Source of the DNA: Bacteroidaceae bacterium | GTDB taxonomy: Bacteria > Bacteroidota > Bacteroidia > Bacteroidales > Bacteroidaceae | DNA: 64,000 nt | Direction of reading: 5' to 3' | NCBI GenBank assembly: GCA_017651245.1 | Contig: JAGCDQ010000024.1 | Span: 15,516 to 79,515 of the forward strand | Part shown: in pieces, positions 1 to 8,462 of the stretch | Layout of the letters: every line of letters starts with the position of its first letter | Numbering within the stretch: position 1 is the stretch's first letter | Notes under the pieces: generated by a model | Database searches by the model: none | What the model was told of the DNA's origin: nothing | The model's input: the letters and a program-made list of their open reading frames with translations, nothing else | Position numbers and translations under genes: made by a program

Positions 1-1434
1 GTTCCTGAAGGAACCACCCTGACTCAGACCCGTGAAATCTTGAAGCAGGTGGAGGAAAAGGTGAAGAAGATTCCAGAGTTGGAGAGCTTCGCCGTTTGCT
101 GCGGCTATGGTATGGTGTCAGGCGAAGGTTCGAACTTCGCCACCCTGATTGTCCGTCTGAAGAACTGGGACGATCGTCCGGGCATGAACCACCTGATTGA
201 CCTCGTCATCGGTCGTTTCTACTACGACTGTATGGATATCAAGAACGTGCAGGTGTTGCCGTTCCAGATGCCACAAATTCCGGGCTATGGTACCAGCAAC
301 AGCGTGAGCCTTGTGGTGGAAGACCCCACCGACGGCAACCTGTCTGAGTTTGCCAAGAATACGGAGCGGTTCTTGAACAAGCTGTCTGAGCGTCCAGAAA
401 TCGGCTCCGCGATGTCGTCCTACTCTGAGCGTTACCCGAAGTATCAGATTGATGTCGATGCTGTCCAGTGCGACCGTGCTGGTGTTTCACCTGCTGCCGT
501 GCTCAACACGCTGGGTGCTTATTGCGGTGGTGCATATATCGGCAACTTCAACCAGTTTGGTAAGGTGTATCGCATCATGGCTGCTGCTTCGCCCGAATAT
601 CGTCTTGACCCGTCATCGCTGCACAACATCTTCATGCAGGTGAAGGAAGGCAAGATGGCACCCATCTCTGAGTTCGTCTCGCTGAAAGAGATTGTCGGTC
701 CGGCGAACATCGAGCACTTCAACATGTTCCAGAGTATCACTTGCTTCGTGACGGCAGCCAGCGGCTATACCGAAGGTGATGCCCACAAAGCGATTGCCGA
801 GGTGTTTAAGGAAGAGATGCCTTCTACTGCCACCTATGAGTACAGTGGAATGTCGCGCGAGTTGGAGGAGACTTCTGGCTCTAATGCCACCGCCCTCATC
901 TACGTGATTTGTGCAGTCCTCATTTACCTCATTCTGGGCTCGCTCTACAACTCTTGGTTCACACCAATGGCTGTGTTGCTGAGTGTGCCTTTCGGACTGA
1001 TGGGCGCGTTCGTCTTTGCTTACTTCGGTAATCTGCTCAGTTTGCCTGGTATGGACAACAACATCTACCTCCAGACGGGTGTCATCATGTTGATTGGACT
1101 CTTGGCGAAGACCGCCATCCTCATCACGGAGTTTGCCTCCGAACGTCGTGCCCAAGGCATGAGCATCAGCGATGCAGCCTTCGAGGCTTGCAAGGAACGA
1201 CTTCGTCCTATCTTGATGACTGTCGTCACGATGATTGCCGGTATGATTCCGCTCGTCATCGAAGGTGGTGCCGGTGCCAATGGTAACCGTGCCCTCGCTT
1301 TGGGTGTCATCGGTGGTATGACAGTGGGTACGATTGCCCTCCTCTTTGTCGTTCCCGCCTTCTTTATCGTGTTCCAGAAACTGCATGAGAGGTTCCAAGG
1401 GAAGGATGTGAAAACAGAAGAATTGAAGGATTGA
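1..1434 (+). CDS. RND efflux transporter permease (AcrB/MexB type), C-terminal ~478 aa; the gene starts upstream of the window
   Basis: Frame 1 is open from nt 1 (VPEGTTLTQTREILKQVEE...) to TGA at 1432-1434. The multi-TM C-terminal half has RND-like segments (PFGLMGAFVFAYF, LLAKTAILITEFA, RLRPILMTVVTMIAGMIPL). An outer-membrane-factor gene follows 17 nt later. Confidence 0.9.
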   Translation, partial: VPEGTTLTQTREILKQVEEKVKKIPELESFAVCCGYGMVSGEGSNFATLIVRLKNWDDRPGMNHLIDLVIGRFYYDCMDIKNVQVLPFQMPQIPGYGTSNSVSLVVEDPTDGNLSEFAKNTERFLNKLSERPEIGSAMSSYSERYPKYQIDVDAVQCDRAGVSPAAVLNTLGAYCGGAYIGNFNQFGKVYRIMAAASPEYRLDPSSLHNIFMQVKEGKMAPISEFVSLKEIVGPANIEHFNMFQSITCFVTAASGYTEGDAHKAIAEVFKEEMPSTATYEYSGMSRELEETSGSNATALIYVICAVLIYLILGSLYNSWFTPMAVLLSVPFGLMGAFVFAYFGNLLSLPGMDNNIYLQTGVIMLIGLLAKTAILITEFASERRAQGMSISDAAFEACKERLRPILMTVVTMIAGMIPLVIEGGAGANGNRALALGVIGGMTVGTIALLFVVPAFFIVFQKLHERFQGKDVKTEELKD

Positions 1435-1444
1435 AAAATTGAAG
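1421..1444 (+). repeat. C-free octamer repeat AATTGAAG-GATTGAAA-AATTGAAG, an exact 24-nt copy of 22821-22844
   Basis: An identical 24-mer occurs at both sites. Here it spans the RND permease stop codon and the junction to the OMF gene. Confidence 0.85.
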
Positions 1445-1451
1445 CTGAACT

Positions 1452-2876
1452 ATGAAGTATAAGAGTTATATCGTTGCCACTGCCGTAAGTTTCCTGTTGG
1501 CGGGTTGTGGTATCTATGATAAATATGAAAAGAAGGTGGAAGCACCTGCAGATGTCTTTGGCACCACGCAGGACATCACGAGTGCAGGAACCGACCATTC
1601 GCTGGCTCAGATGTCGTGGCGTGAGTTCTTCACCGACCCGCTGCTCCAGCAACTCATTGAGCAGGTGCTACAGAACAATACTGACCTGAACTCCGCGCGC
1701 ATCGCTGTGGAGAAGAGTGAGGCATCGCTGAAGGCTGCACGAATGGCTTACCTGCCTTCGCTCTATTTCGCTCCACAAGGCACGTTGGCGAAGTTCGACA
1801 AAAATCCGTGGTCGAAGACGTACAACCTGCCGTTGCAGCTGAGTATGGATGTTGATGTGTTCGGCTCCATCACCAACAAGAAGCGTGCTTCGAAGGCGGT
1901 GCTCCTGCAAGCTCAAGTGTGTGAGGAGGCGATTCGTGCCAACCTCATCTCCACCACTGCCCAGCAGTATTATATGCTTCAGGTGCTTGACCGTCAGTTG
2001 GAGATTCTGACGCAGACTGACAGCTTGTGGAATGCTTCGCTGGAAACCCAGAAGACGCTCTGGGAGAATGGCAAGTCGTACTCGACTGCCGTCAATCAGA
2101 TGGAGTCATCCTATCTGAATGTGAAAACGCAGATTGTGGATACTCGTCGCAATATCCGTGCCGTAGAGAACGCCATCTGTCGCTTGCTGGCCATCACGCC
2201 ACAGCATATTCAACGCAGCACGATGGGAAGTTCCTCATTGCCTCATCATCCAGAATCGGCAGAAAGCAACGGACAGCGGATGTTCGACACGAGCTTCCTG
2301 ACCCTCGGCGTGCCTGCTGGTATGCTCGAACTCCGTCCCGACATTCGGATGGCTAACTACGCAATGGAGGAGGCTTTCTACAACACGCAAGCTGCCCGTG
2401 CTGCTTTCTTCCCAGGTATTACCCTGACGGGAACGGCGGGATGGACAAACTCGGCAGGTGGGATGGTCATTGATCCGGGCAAAATCCTCCTGAGTGCTGT
2501 TGCGCAACTGACGCAACCCATCTTTGCTCGTGGCAAGATCAAAGCGAACTATAAGATTTCCCAATTGACGGAAGAAGACCTGCAGCGCAAATATGTACAA
2601 ACCGTCATCGATGCAGGTAATCAGGTGAATGAGGCGATGGCTGATTGTCAGGCTGCCCGTGAAAAGCATGCTTACTACCACCGTCAGGTGCAAGTGCTCT
2701 ACGATGCCTATACAGGCACCCACGAACTGATGGACAATGGTAAGGCAAACTATCTCGAAGTGCTCACCGCTCAAGAGAGCTTGCTCAGCTCGCAATTGAG
2801 TGAGGCAATGAATATGTACAATGGTGCGCAGGCTGTCATTGCACTTTATATTAGTCTTGGTGGCGGCACGAAATAA
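1452..2876 (+). CDS. RND efflux outer-membrane factor lipoprotein (NodT/TolC family)
   Basis: 474 aa with a lipobox (SFLLAGC). Length and two-repeat helical/beta character are typical of OMF proteins. It sits immediately downstream of the RND permease. Confidence 0.85.
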   Translation: MKYKSYIVATAVSFLLAGCGIYDKYEKKVEAPADVFGTTQDITSAGTDHSLAQMSWREFFTDPLLQQLIEQVLQNNTDLNSARIAVEKSEASLKAARMAYLPSLYFAPQGTLAKFDKNPWSKTYNLPLQLSMDVDVFGSITNKKRASKAVLLQAQVCEEAIRANLISTTAQQYYMLQVLDRQLEILTQTDSLWNASLETQKTLWENGKSYSTAVNQMESSYLNVKTQIVDTRRNIRAVENAICRLLAITPQHIQRSTMGSSSLPHHPESAESNGQRMFDTSFLTLGVPAGMLELRPDIRMANYAMEEAFYNTQAARAAFFPGITLTGTAGWTNSAGGMVIDPGKILLSAVAQLTQPIFARGKIKANYKISQLTEEDLQRKYVQTVIDAGNQVNEAMADCQAAREKHAYYHRQVQVLYDAYTGTHELMDNGKANYLEVLTAQESLLSSQLSEAMNMYNGAQAVIALYISLGGGTK

Positions 2877-2879
2877 GTT

Positions 2880-3461
2880 TTAGAGATCCCCAACATCCAC
2901 CAGCCCATTCATCACGACATATAAAATGATGTCGGCAAGGGAACGGGCATGGAGTTTCTCCATGATGTTCTTGCGATGGGTGATGGCTGTGGTGAGACTG
3001 ATGTTGAGACGGTCGGCAATCTCTTTGTTGATATGACCTTTGGCAAGGAGTATCGCCACCTCGACCTCACGGGCGGAAAGGGAGATGTTTTTCTCTTCCC
3101 TTCTTCCCATTGGGGAGGGAGGGCCAGCAGGGTGCCCCTGACGATGGACGGCAAGGAGAGACTTGACCAATGCCTGTTCGGTCTGACAGACATTCAGGGT
3201 GGGCACTCCCGATATCTGCAAGTCGCCATTGACCAGCACGATGGCACGACGAGACTGCTCACGGAAATAAGCGGCATGCTCGAAATAGAGGCGTGAAGCC
3301 ACGAAATAGTGAACGAACTGCCCCTGGTCAGCGGCTTGCAGTTCGTCGAAAGAGACAAAGATATGCACATCAGCCACAGGGATGAGGTCAGACAGGATAG
3401 GCTGCAACCCCAAGGCAGCTAAGATGTTGGAATCTACGATGGCTATTTCGAAATGCGGCAT
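2880..3461 (-). CDS. LuxR/FixJ-type HTH transcriptional regulator with an atypical receiver-like N-domain
   Basis: C-terminal LuxR HTH (LSAREVEVAILLAKGHINKEIADRLNISLTTAITHRKNIMEKL). I chose the start at MPHFEIAIVD (ATG 3461), because the longer ORF to 3647 runs through the divergent promoter region. A TACCTTTGCA box lies on the minus strand at 3480-3489. Confidence 0.7.
   Translation of the reverse strand: MPHFEIAIVDSNILAALGLQPILSDLIPVADVHIFVSFDELQAADQGQFVHYFVASRLYFEHAAYFREQSRRAIVLVNGDLQISGVPTLNVCQTEQALVKSLLAVHRQGHPAGPPSPMGRREEKNISLSAREVEVAILLAKGHINKEIADRLNISLTTAITHRKNIMEKLHARSLADIILYVVMNGLVDVGDL
3096..3124. repeat. C-run/G-run hairpin inside the LuxR-type regulator gene
   Basis: ttcccttcttccc-att-ggggagggagggcc, encoding GPPSPMGRREE on the minus strand in the linker before the HTH domain. 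Confidence 0.45.
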
Positions 3462-3479
3462 AAAACAATAATTTCCGTG

Positions 3480-3487
3480 CAAAGGTA
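3480..3487 (-). promoter_or_regulatory. Bacteroidota -7 promoter box (TACCTTTG) for the LuxR-type regulator
   Basis: The reverse complement of caaaggta is TACCTTTG, 19 nt upstream of ATG 3461. It matches the TAnnTTTG consensus described for Bacteroides sigma-A promoters. Confidence 0.55.
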
Positions 3488-3516
3488 CGGAAAAAAAGTG
3501 AAAAGTGAAAAAATCG

Positions 3517-3524
3517 TACCTTTG
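3517..3524 (+). promoter_or_regulatory. -7 promoter box (TACCTTTG) for mutY; the spacing implies a leaderless or near-leaderless mRNA
   Basis: TACCTTTGCA ends 4 nt before the mutY ATG (3529). Confidence 0.5.
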
Positions 3525-3528
3525 CACC

Positions 3529-4569
3529 ATGTTTACGACCACACTACTCGACTGGTTTGCCCAGCATGGGCGCGACCTTCCCTGGCGACATACGAAAGAC
3601 CCGTATGCCATCTGGCTCAGCGAAATCATCCTGCAACAGACTCGCATTCAGCAGGGGATGGATTATTGGCTGCACTTCATGCAACGATGGCCCAAGGTGG
3701 AGGATTTGGCGAGTGCAACGGAGGATGAGGTGTTGCGAATGTGGCAAGGTCTGGGTTATTACAGTCGGGCACGATACTTGCATACCGCTGCCCAGCAAAT
3801 TGTGGCTCAAGGCGGTTTTCCCACTACACTCGAGGGCATCAAGCAACTGAAGGGTGTGGGCGACTACACGGCTGCTGCCATTGGCTCCATCGCTTTCGGA
3901 TTGCCTGCCGCTGTGGTGGACGGCAATGTGTATCGGGTGCTTGCCCGTCATTATGGCATCGACACGCCCATCAACACGACGCAGGGGAAGCGGCTCTTCA
4001 CGGAGTTGGCACAATCGCTGCTGCCTTCCGACCAGCCTGCAGAGTTCAACCAAGCCCTGATGGACTTTGGTGCCATCCAATGCACCCCCACCTCACCCAA
4101 GTGTGTGGTGTGTCCCTTGCAGGAGACTTGTGAGGCACTCCGCACAGGACGCATCGACGAACTGCCTGTGAAAGAGAAGAAGCTGACCATCCAAACGGTG
4201 CGCCTCACGTACATATATATAAGATGTAAGGGCAAGACCGCCATCCACAAACGTCCTGCAGGGGACATCTGGCAAGGGTTGTGGGAACCATATGCCCCCC
4301 AGTCCCCAAAGGGGGAGGCTATTCAGGATGCTTCCAAACAAACAAACAATGCGGATGCCCTTCCCCTTTGGGGGCGGGGGGCTGTCCTTCTTGCCAAAGA
4401 CGTGAAGCATGTACTCACCCACCGCATTCTCCTTGCCGACTTCTACTTTTGGGAGACAGACACGCCTCCCACCCTACCCGATGACTATATCTGGGTGAAG
4501 GAGAGCGACTTAGACCAGTATGCCGTCCCCCGCCTGATTGAGATTCTGCTGGAAAGGCTACCTCGTTGA
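3529..4569 (+). CDS. mutY: A/G-specific adenine DNA glycosylase MutY
   Basis: MFTTTLLDWFAQHGRDLPWR, the HhH-GPD region (LKGVGDYTAAAI) and a 4-Cys Fe-S cluster loop (CTPTSPKCVVCPLQETC), followed by a NUDIX-like C-domain. The start is set at ATG 3529, since the 3505 start would overlap the promoter box. Confidence 0.85.
   Translation: MFTTTLLDWFAQHGRDLPWRHTKDPYAIWLSEIILQQTRIQQGMDYWLHFMQRWPKVEDLASATEDEVLRMWQGLGYYSRARYLHTAAQQIVAQGGFPTTLEGIKQLKGVGDYTAAAIGSIAFGLPAAVVDGNVYRVLARHYGIDTPINTTQGKRLFTELAQSLLPSDQPAEFNQALMDFGAIQCTPTSPKCVVCPLQETCEALRTGRIDELPVKEKKLTIQTVRLTYIYIRCKGKTAIHKRPAGDIWQGLWEPYAPQSPKGEAIQDASKQTNNADALPLWGRGAVLLAKDVKHVLTHRILLADFYFWETDTPPTLPDDYIWVKESDLDQYAVPRLIEILLERLPR
4294..4381 (+). 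repeat. Pair of C-run/G-run hairpins flanking a ~37-nt core inside mutY (insertion-like element)
   Basis: The left end gccccccagtccccaaagggggaggc (4294-4319) is close to the reverse complement of the right end gcccttcccctttgggggcggggggc (4357-4382, one nt past the annotated element end). Together they encode APQSPKGEAIQDASKQTNNADALPLWGRG. Confidence 0.5.
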
Positions 4570-4639
4570 GAGGGCAAAATACTCACTTTTTCGGTACAAA
4601 TCCTCACAAATAAGGATTGTGGAGTCAAGGAAAAGTCCG

Positions 4640-4647
4640 TACCTTTG
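4640..4647 (+). promoter_or_regulatory. -7 promoter box (TACCTTTG) for the lipoprotein / HmuY-like / TonB-receptor operon
   Basis: TACCTTTGCA lies 42 nt upstream of ATG 4689. Confidence 0.55.
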
Positions 4648-4688
4648 CAGCGTTTTTCTGTTCTCAATCAAAAAATACACACAAACAA

Positions 4689-5573
4689 ATGAAAACTATT
4701 AAACTATTCGCAATGATGTTGGTTGCACTGGTCGGAATGACAGCATGCAGCAGCGACGACGACAACGAGACTAAAAAAAATGTCATTGACCCCGTAGAAG
4801 GACTCAAAGGTTACATCTTTGTCAGCTCAGGCTATTTCAAAGATTCCTATTATGGCGACCAAGCCACATTGAGCGTGAAGGTCAAGGACAACCAATACAC
4901 CATCACCTTCCACGACCCACAATGGGGCGACGTGGATTTCGAGAACGTGGCTATCGACGAGGCAAAGAACACCGTATCGGGTGCTGGCACGCTGAAGATG
5001 AACTATCGTGGCAAGGATGGAAGCTACGACGCTGTCCTCAGCGGCGACGTGAACAATCCTACCATCACCATGCCTGACGTGATGGGTGGAACCACCATTT
5101 CTTTCTTCAAAGGCGACGCTCCACTGGCTTGTCAGTTGCAGGGAAACTACTCAGGCAGCACTTCTGTGATGGTGGGTGACTCTTATGGTCCTTACACGGC
5201 AGACTTCACCAGCAAGGTGACTGCAAATCCTGACGGCACCATCAATGTTGAGATTCCAGAGCACGTCCTTGAGGGTACTGCTATTGGCGACCTCACCTTG
5301 GGCAAGGTGACTATCAAGAATGTGTATTATGACAGCGCTAAGGAGGACTTCTGCTACCCTTATGGCAAGTTGCAGAAGGAGATGATCATGCACTTCAAGG
5401 CTGAAAGAGAAGGCACAGTCACAATGGACGGCGACTACAACTTCTCCGAAAACAGTGAGATTGAGGTGAAGCAGACAGCGTCTGGCATTCAGATGATCAA
5501 CCGTTTCCAACTGGGCAAGATGCCTTTCCCTATCGTAGCCACTTTCGAAGGAGTGATCCCAAGTGAAAAGTAA
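4689..5573 (+). CDS. Lipoprotein of unknown function (first gene of the lipoprotein / HmuY-like / TonB-receptor trio)
   Basis: Lipoprotein signal MKTIKLFAMMLVALVGMTACSSDDD. The start is at ATG 4689, downstream of the TACCTTTG box at 4640-4647. I did not recognise a family motif with confidence. Confidence 0.6.
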   Translation: MKTIKLFAMMLVALVGMTACSSDDDNETKKNVIDPVEGLKGYIFVSSGYFKDSYYGDQATLSVKVKDNQYTITFHDPQWGDVDFENVAIDEAKNTVSGAGTLKMNYRGKDGSYDAVLSGDVNNPTITMPDVMGGTTISFFKGDAPLACQLQGNYSGSTSVMVGDSYGPYTADFTSKVTANPDGTINVEIPEHVLEGTAIGDLTLGKVTIKNVYYDSAKEDFCYPYGKLQKEMIMHFKAEREGTVTMDGDYNFSENSEIEVKQTASGIQMINRFQLGKMPFPIVATFEGVIPSEK

Positions 5574-6294
5574 AGCGCTCTTTCTCGGACTGCTGTGTTC
5601 TCTGACGGCTTGTCATGGGATGTTTGACGACATCTACGACGAGCCGCAGGAGCAAGTGGACATCAAGGAGGGACAACTCTACATTGATGCCTCCAGCTGG
5701 ACGGATTGGCACTATATCAACCTGACCGCCACCGGAAACAAGGTGGTGAAGATGAGTATTCCAACCGAAGCCCTCCCATCCCCCAACGGGGAGGGGGCTG
5801 AGGGTCTTTACACCTATTGGTATGATGTGTTTGGTGAAGGACTCTCCAAGCACGAATTTCGAGGTTTCACCCCTACCGCTTCTCAACCAGAACCTGACGA
5901 ATGGCACATTGCCGTTCATCGCAACAACGTGAGGACGAATGGTGGAGCTGCCTACGAGACTCCCTACACTTCAATGGACGACCTGCCTGAAAGTAGCGAG
6001 GCTTTTGCCGATGCCACTTTCACGGAGGATGTGTGGAACGAACTGGATGTGTGGACGATTCAGGCGCAGATGTTGCAAGGACTGATTGGCAATCAGGGCA
6101 TCAAGGTGAATCCCGTGCTGTCTTCATGGCTCACGGTGAGCTTGCCCCCTGTACCCCCTGTCTTCACGCTGAACAACCACGTGTTCATCATCAAGTTCAA
6201 CGATGGCACTTATGGGGCAATCCAACTGGAGAACTATCAGAGTCCGACGGGTGTGAAATGCTGTTTGACGATTAATTATAAGTACCCGTATTAA
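5563..6294 (+). CDS. HmuY-like lipoprotein (putative haem or other ligand-binding partner of the downstream TonB-dependent receptor)
   Basis: GTG start overlaps the upstream stop by 11 nt. Lipobox LLCSLTAC. Size (243 aa), motifs (WDxxxxNL-like, HIAVHRNNVRTNGG, FIIKFNDGTYGAIQLENY) and position directly upstream of a TonB-dependent receptor resemble the hmuY-hmuR arrangement. The family assignment is from memory only. Confidence 0.45.
   Translation: MKSKALFLGLLCSLTACHGMFDDIYDEPQEQVDIKEGQLYIDASSWTDWHYINLTATGNKVVKMSIPTEALPSPNGEGAEGLYTYWYDVFGEGLSKHEFRGFTPTASQPEPDEWHIAVHRNNVRTNGGAAYETPYTSMDDLPESSEAFADATFTEDVWNELDVWTIQAQMLQGLIGNQGIKVNPVLSSWLTVSLPPVPPVFTLNNHVFIIKFNDGTYGAIQLENYQSPTGVKCCLTINYKYPY
5771..5805 (+). 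repeat. C-run/G-run hairpin inside the HmuY-like gene
   Basis: ccctcccatcccc-caac-ggggagggggctgaggg, encoding LPSPNGEGAEG. Confidence 0.5.
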
Positions 6295-6295
6295 A

Positions 6296-6323
6296 GGTTA
6301 TAGGTTAAGGGTTATAGGTTAAA
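6296..6323 (+). repeat. Heptamer tandem repeat GGTTATA-GGTTAAG-GGTTATA-GGTTAAA at the HmuY-like / TonB-receptor junction
   Basis: Four consecutive GGTTAnn heptamers start 2 nt after the upstream stop. The sense strand is C-free through 6330. Confidence 0.85.
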
Positions 6324-6345
6324 GATTGGTCGAAGGTCAAAGAGA

Positions 6346-8343
6346 ATGAGGTTTTGGTTATACATATTATTCTTGGGGATGACGCTTGTGGGTTATGCCA
6401 AGCAGGATCAGGAGGGAACTCTTCCCGATGCGGGAGAGGAACCTGTAGAGGGTCTTGACTCGATGTACTACCTGAACGATGTGGTGGTGACTGGCACACG
6501 CACTCCAAAACTGCTGAAGGATGCACCCATCCAAACCCGTGTCATCACCGCCTCTGACATAGAGAAGGCTGATGCCACCAACGTGGAGGACCTGCTTCAG
6601 CAGGAGATGCCGGGTGTGGAATTCTCCTATGCCATGAACCAGCTGAAACACATGAACCTGTGCGGTTTTGGCGGACAGGGTATCCTCTTCATGGTGGATG
6701 GCGACCGCCTGGCTGGCGAGACCATGGACGATGTGGATTTCACCCGTCTGAACATGGCGAACGTGGAGCGAATCGAGATTGTGAAGGGGGCAGCCTCCGC
6801 CCTTTATGGCAGCCATGCAGGGGGAGGTGTCATCAACATCATCACCAAAGAGCAGACGCAACCGTGGACACTGAACCTGAATGCCCGACTCGCACGGTAC
6901 AACGAACGACGTTTCGGGGGGGCTTTCGGAACGAAGGGAAAGCAGTTGCACAACATGCTGAACGTCAACCACACCTTCATTGACAACATCCACGTACACA
7001 ATGCTGAAAACCCTGCCACGCAGATTGTCTCCACCATTTATGGCGACCGCACATGGAACGTCAAGGACCGCCTCACCTACAAGCCCACCGACCAGCTGAC
7101 ATTCGTCGGACGTGCTGGCTATTTCTTCCGGGAGGTGGTGCGCACAGCCGACACGCCTGAACGGTACCGCGACTTCTCTGCCGGGGTGAAAGGACTGTGG
7201 GACATCACTGCGCACGACCAACTCGAGATTTCCTATTCCTTCGACCAGTACGACAAGTCGGACTTCCACAAAATTAACCGTCTGGACGTGCGTGACTACA
7301 GCAACGTGCAAAATGCTTTCCGGAGCTTATACAACCACTATTGGAGCACGGGAAGCGTCCTCTCTGTCGGCACCGACTACATGCACGACTACCTGATGAA
7401 CAAGAATCTGGGCAGCAAGACGGCATCACAGAGCATCTGCGATGCCTTTGCCCAATTCGACTGGCTCATCGACACACACTGGGAAGTGGTGGGAGCACTC
7501 CGCTATGACTATTTCTCAGACAGCAAGAGTGCGCACTTCACCCCAAAACTGACAGCACGCTACCAGCCCATCGACCACCTCAATCTCCGTCTCGGCTACG
7601 GCATGGGCTTTCGTTCACCTGCCCTCAAGGAGAAATACTACAACTTCGACATGGTGGGCATCTGGATCATCCAAGGCAATCCTAATCTCAAGTCGGAGGT
7701 GAGCCACAACTTCAACGCCTCTGCCGACTACACCAAGGGACATTACAACTTCACCCTCGCTGCCTACTACAATAACGTGCACAACAAGCTCACGACGGGA
7801 GTTCCCCACTATCTGCCAGGTGATGACAAACAGCTCTATCTCGACTACACCAACCTTGAGGACTATTCCATCTATGGAGGAGAAGCCAACGTGCAGGCAC
7901 GATGGGACAACGGATTCAGCGCCAAGCTTTCCTATGCATACACCAATGAGCGACTGCCTAAGGATAAGGAGGGACACACCATCAACAACCAGTACATTCC
8001 TGCACGTCGCCACTCTCTCACCGCACGAGTAGATTGGGACAAGCAGTTCACCAGCAACTACGGTCTCCGCCTCTCGCTCAACGGGCGTTTCCTATCTGCC
8101 GTGAAGAACGTGGAGTTTGTTGACTACTACGACATCTCCAAAGGCACCAGCACGATTCACTACCCTGCCTACACCTACTGGAAATTATCTGTTGTCCAGC
8201 ATTTTGGCAAAGCCTTTAAGGTGACAACAGCATTGGACAATCTACTCAACTACAAACCCAAGTATCACTATTTCAACAGTCCCCTCACCGATGGCATCAA
8301 TTTGATGGTCGGTTTGTCAGTTGATATTGACAAACTCTTCTAA
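6346..8343 (+). CDS. TonB-dependent outer-membrane receptor
   Basis: 665 aa with a signal peptide. Plug-domain motifs are present (DVVVTGTRTPKLLKDAPIQTRVITASDIE, VERIEIVKGAASALYGS), with a beta-barrel body ending in an aromatic residue (...DIDKLF). Confidence 0.85.
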   Translation: MRFWLYILFLGMTLVGYAKQDQEGTLPDAGEEPVEGLDSMYYLNDVVVTGTRTPKLLKDAPIQTRVITASDIEKADATNVEDLLQQEMPGVEFSYAMNQLKHMNLCGFGGQGILFMVDGDRLAGETMDDVDFTRLNMANVERIEIVKGAASALYGSHAGGGVINIITKEQTQPWTLNLNARLARYNERRFGGAFGTKGKQLHNMLNVNHTFIDNIHVHNAENPATQIVSTIYGDRTWNVKDRLTYKPTDQLTFVGRAGYFFREVVRTADTPERYRDFSAGVKGLWDITAHDQLEISYSFDQYDKSDFHKINRLDVRDYSNVQNAFRSLYNHYWSTGSVLSVGTDYMHDYLMNKNLGSKTASQSICDAFAQFDWLIDTHWEVVGALRYDYFSDSKSAHFTPKLTARYQPIDHLNLRLGYGMGFRSPALKEKYYNFDMVGIWIIQGNPNLKSEVSHNFNASADYTKGHYNFTLAAYYNNVHNKLTTGVPHYLPGDDKQLYLDYTNLEDYSIYGGEANVQARWDNGFSAKLSYAYTNERLPKDKEGHTINNQYIPARRHSLTARVDWDKQFTSNYGLRLSLNGRFLSAVKNVEFVDYYDISKGTSTIHYPAYTYWKLSVVQHFGKAFKVTTALDNLLNYKPKYHYFNSPLTDGINLMVGLSVDIDKLF

Positions 8344-8411
8344 AAAGCCCATTCCACTATACAAAAGACAGAAAAAGAGGCTATTTTCTTGGCACTCTTC
8401 ATATTTATTAC

Positions 8412-8419
8412 TATCTTTG
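8412..8419 (+). promoter_or_regulatory. -7 promoter box (TATCTTTG) upstream of iorA
   Basis: TATCTTTG with a TTG 20 nt upstream (8389-8391). It is the only TAnnTTTG match in the 145-nt gap before iorA. Confidence 0.5.
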
Positions 8420-8462
8420 CACGTTTTTCGGCTCTTTTCCAGAGTTGAGAAACGTGTTTTTT
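8420..8462 (+). terminator. 16-bp hairpin plus T6 between the iorA promoter box and the iorA ATG (leader attenuator, or terminator of the upstream operon)
   Basis: CACGTTTTTCGGCTCT-TTTCC-AGAGTTGAGAAACGTG pairs over 16 positions (13 Watson-Crick, 3 G-T) and is followed by TTTTTT. The iorA ATG lies 27 nt later. Confidence 0.6.

Noticed and set aside
613-1398. Long antisense ORFs inside well-supported genes. Examples: 613-1398(-), 6367-7311(-), 8942-9919(-), 10008-10661(-), 23603-24496(-), 28250-29863(+), 33106-33831(+), 36015-36749(+), 37328-38281(-), 45536-46660(+), 51947-53080(+), 54318-55016(+).
   Set aside because: Each lies opposite a gene with clear family motifs and has a low-complexity, Arg/His/Leu-rich translation with no recognisable domain. 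They are typical shadow ORFs of moderately GC-rich coding DNA.
2874-2882. Convergent OMF and LuxR-type genes whose stop codons are only 3 nt apart, with no terminator between them.
   Set aside because: Noted as a curiosity only. Tight convergent packing is not rare, and I see no structure suggesting a specific mechanism.
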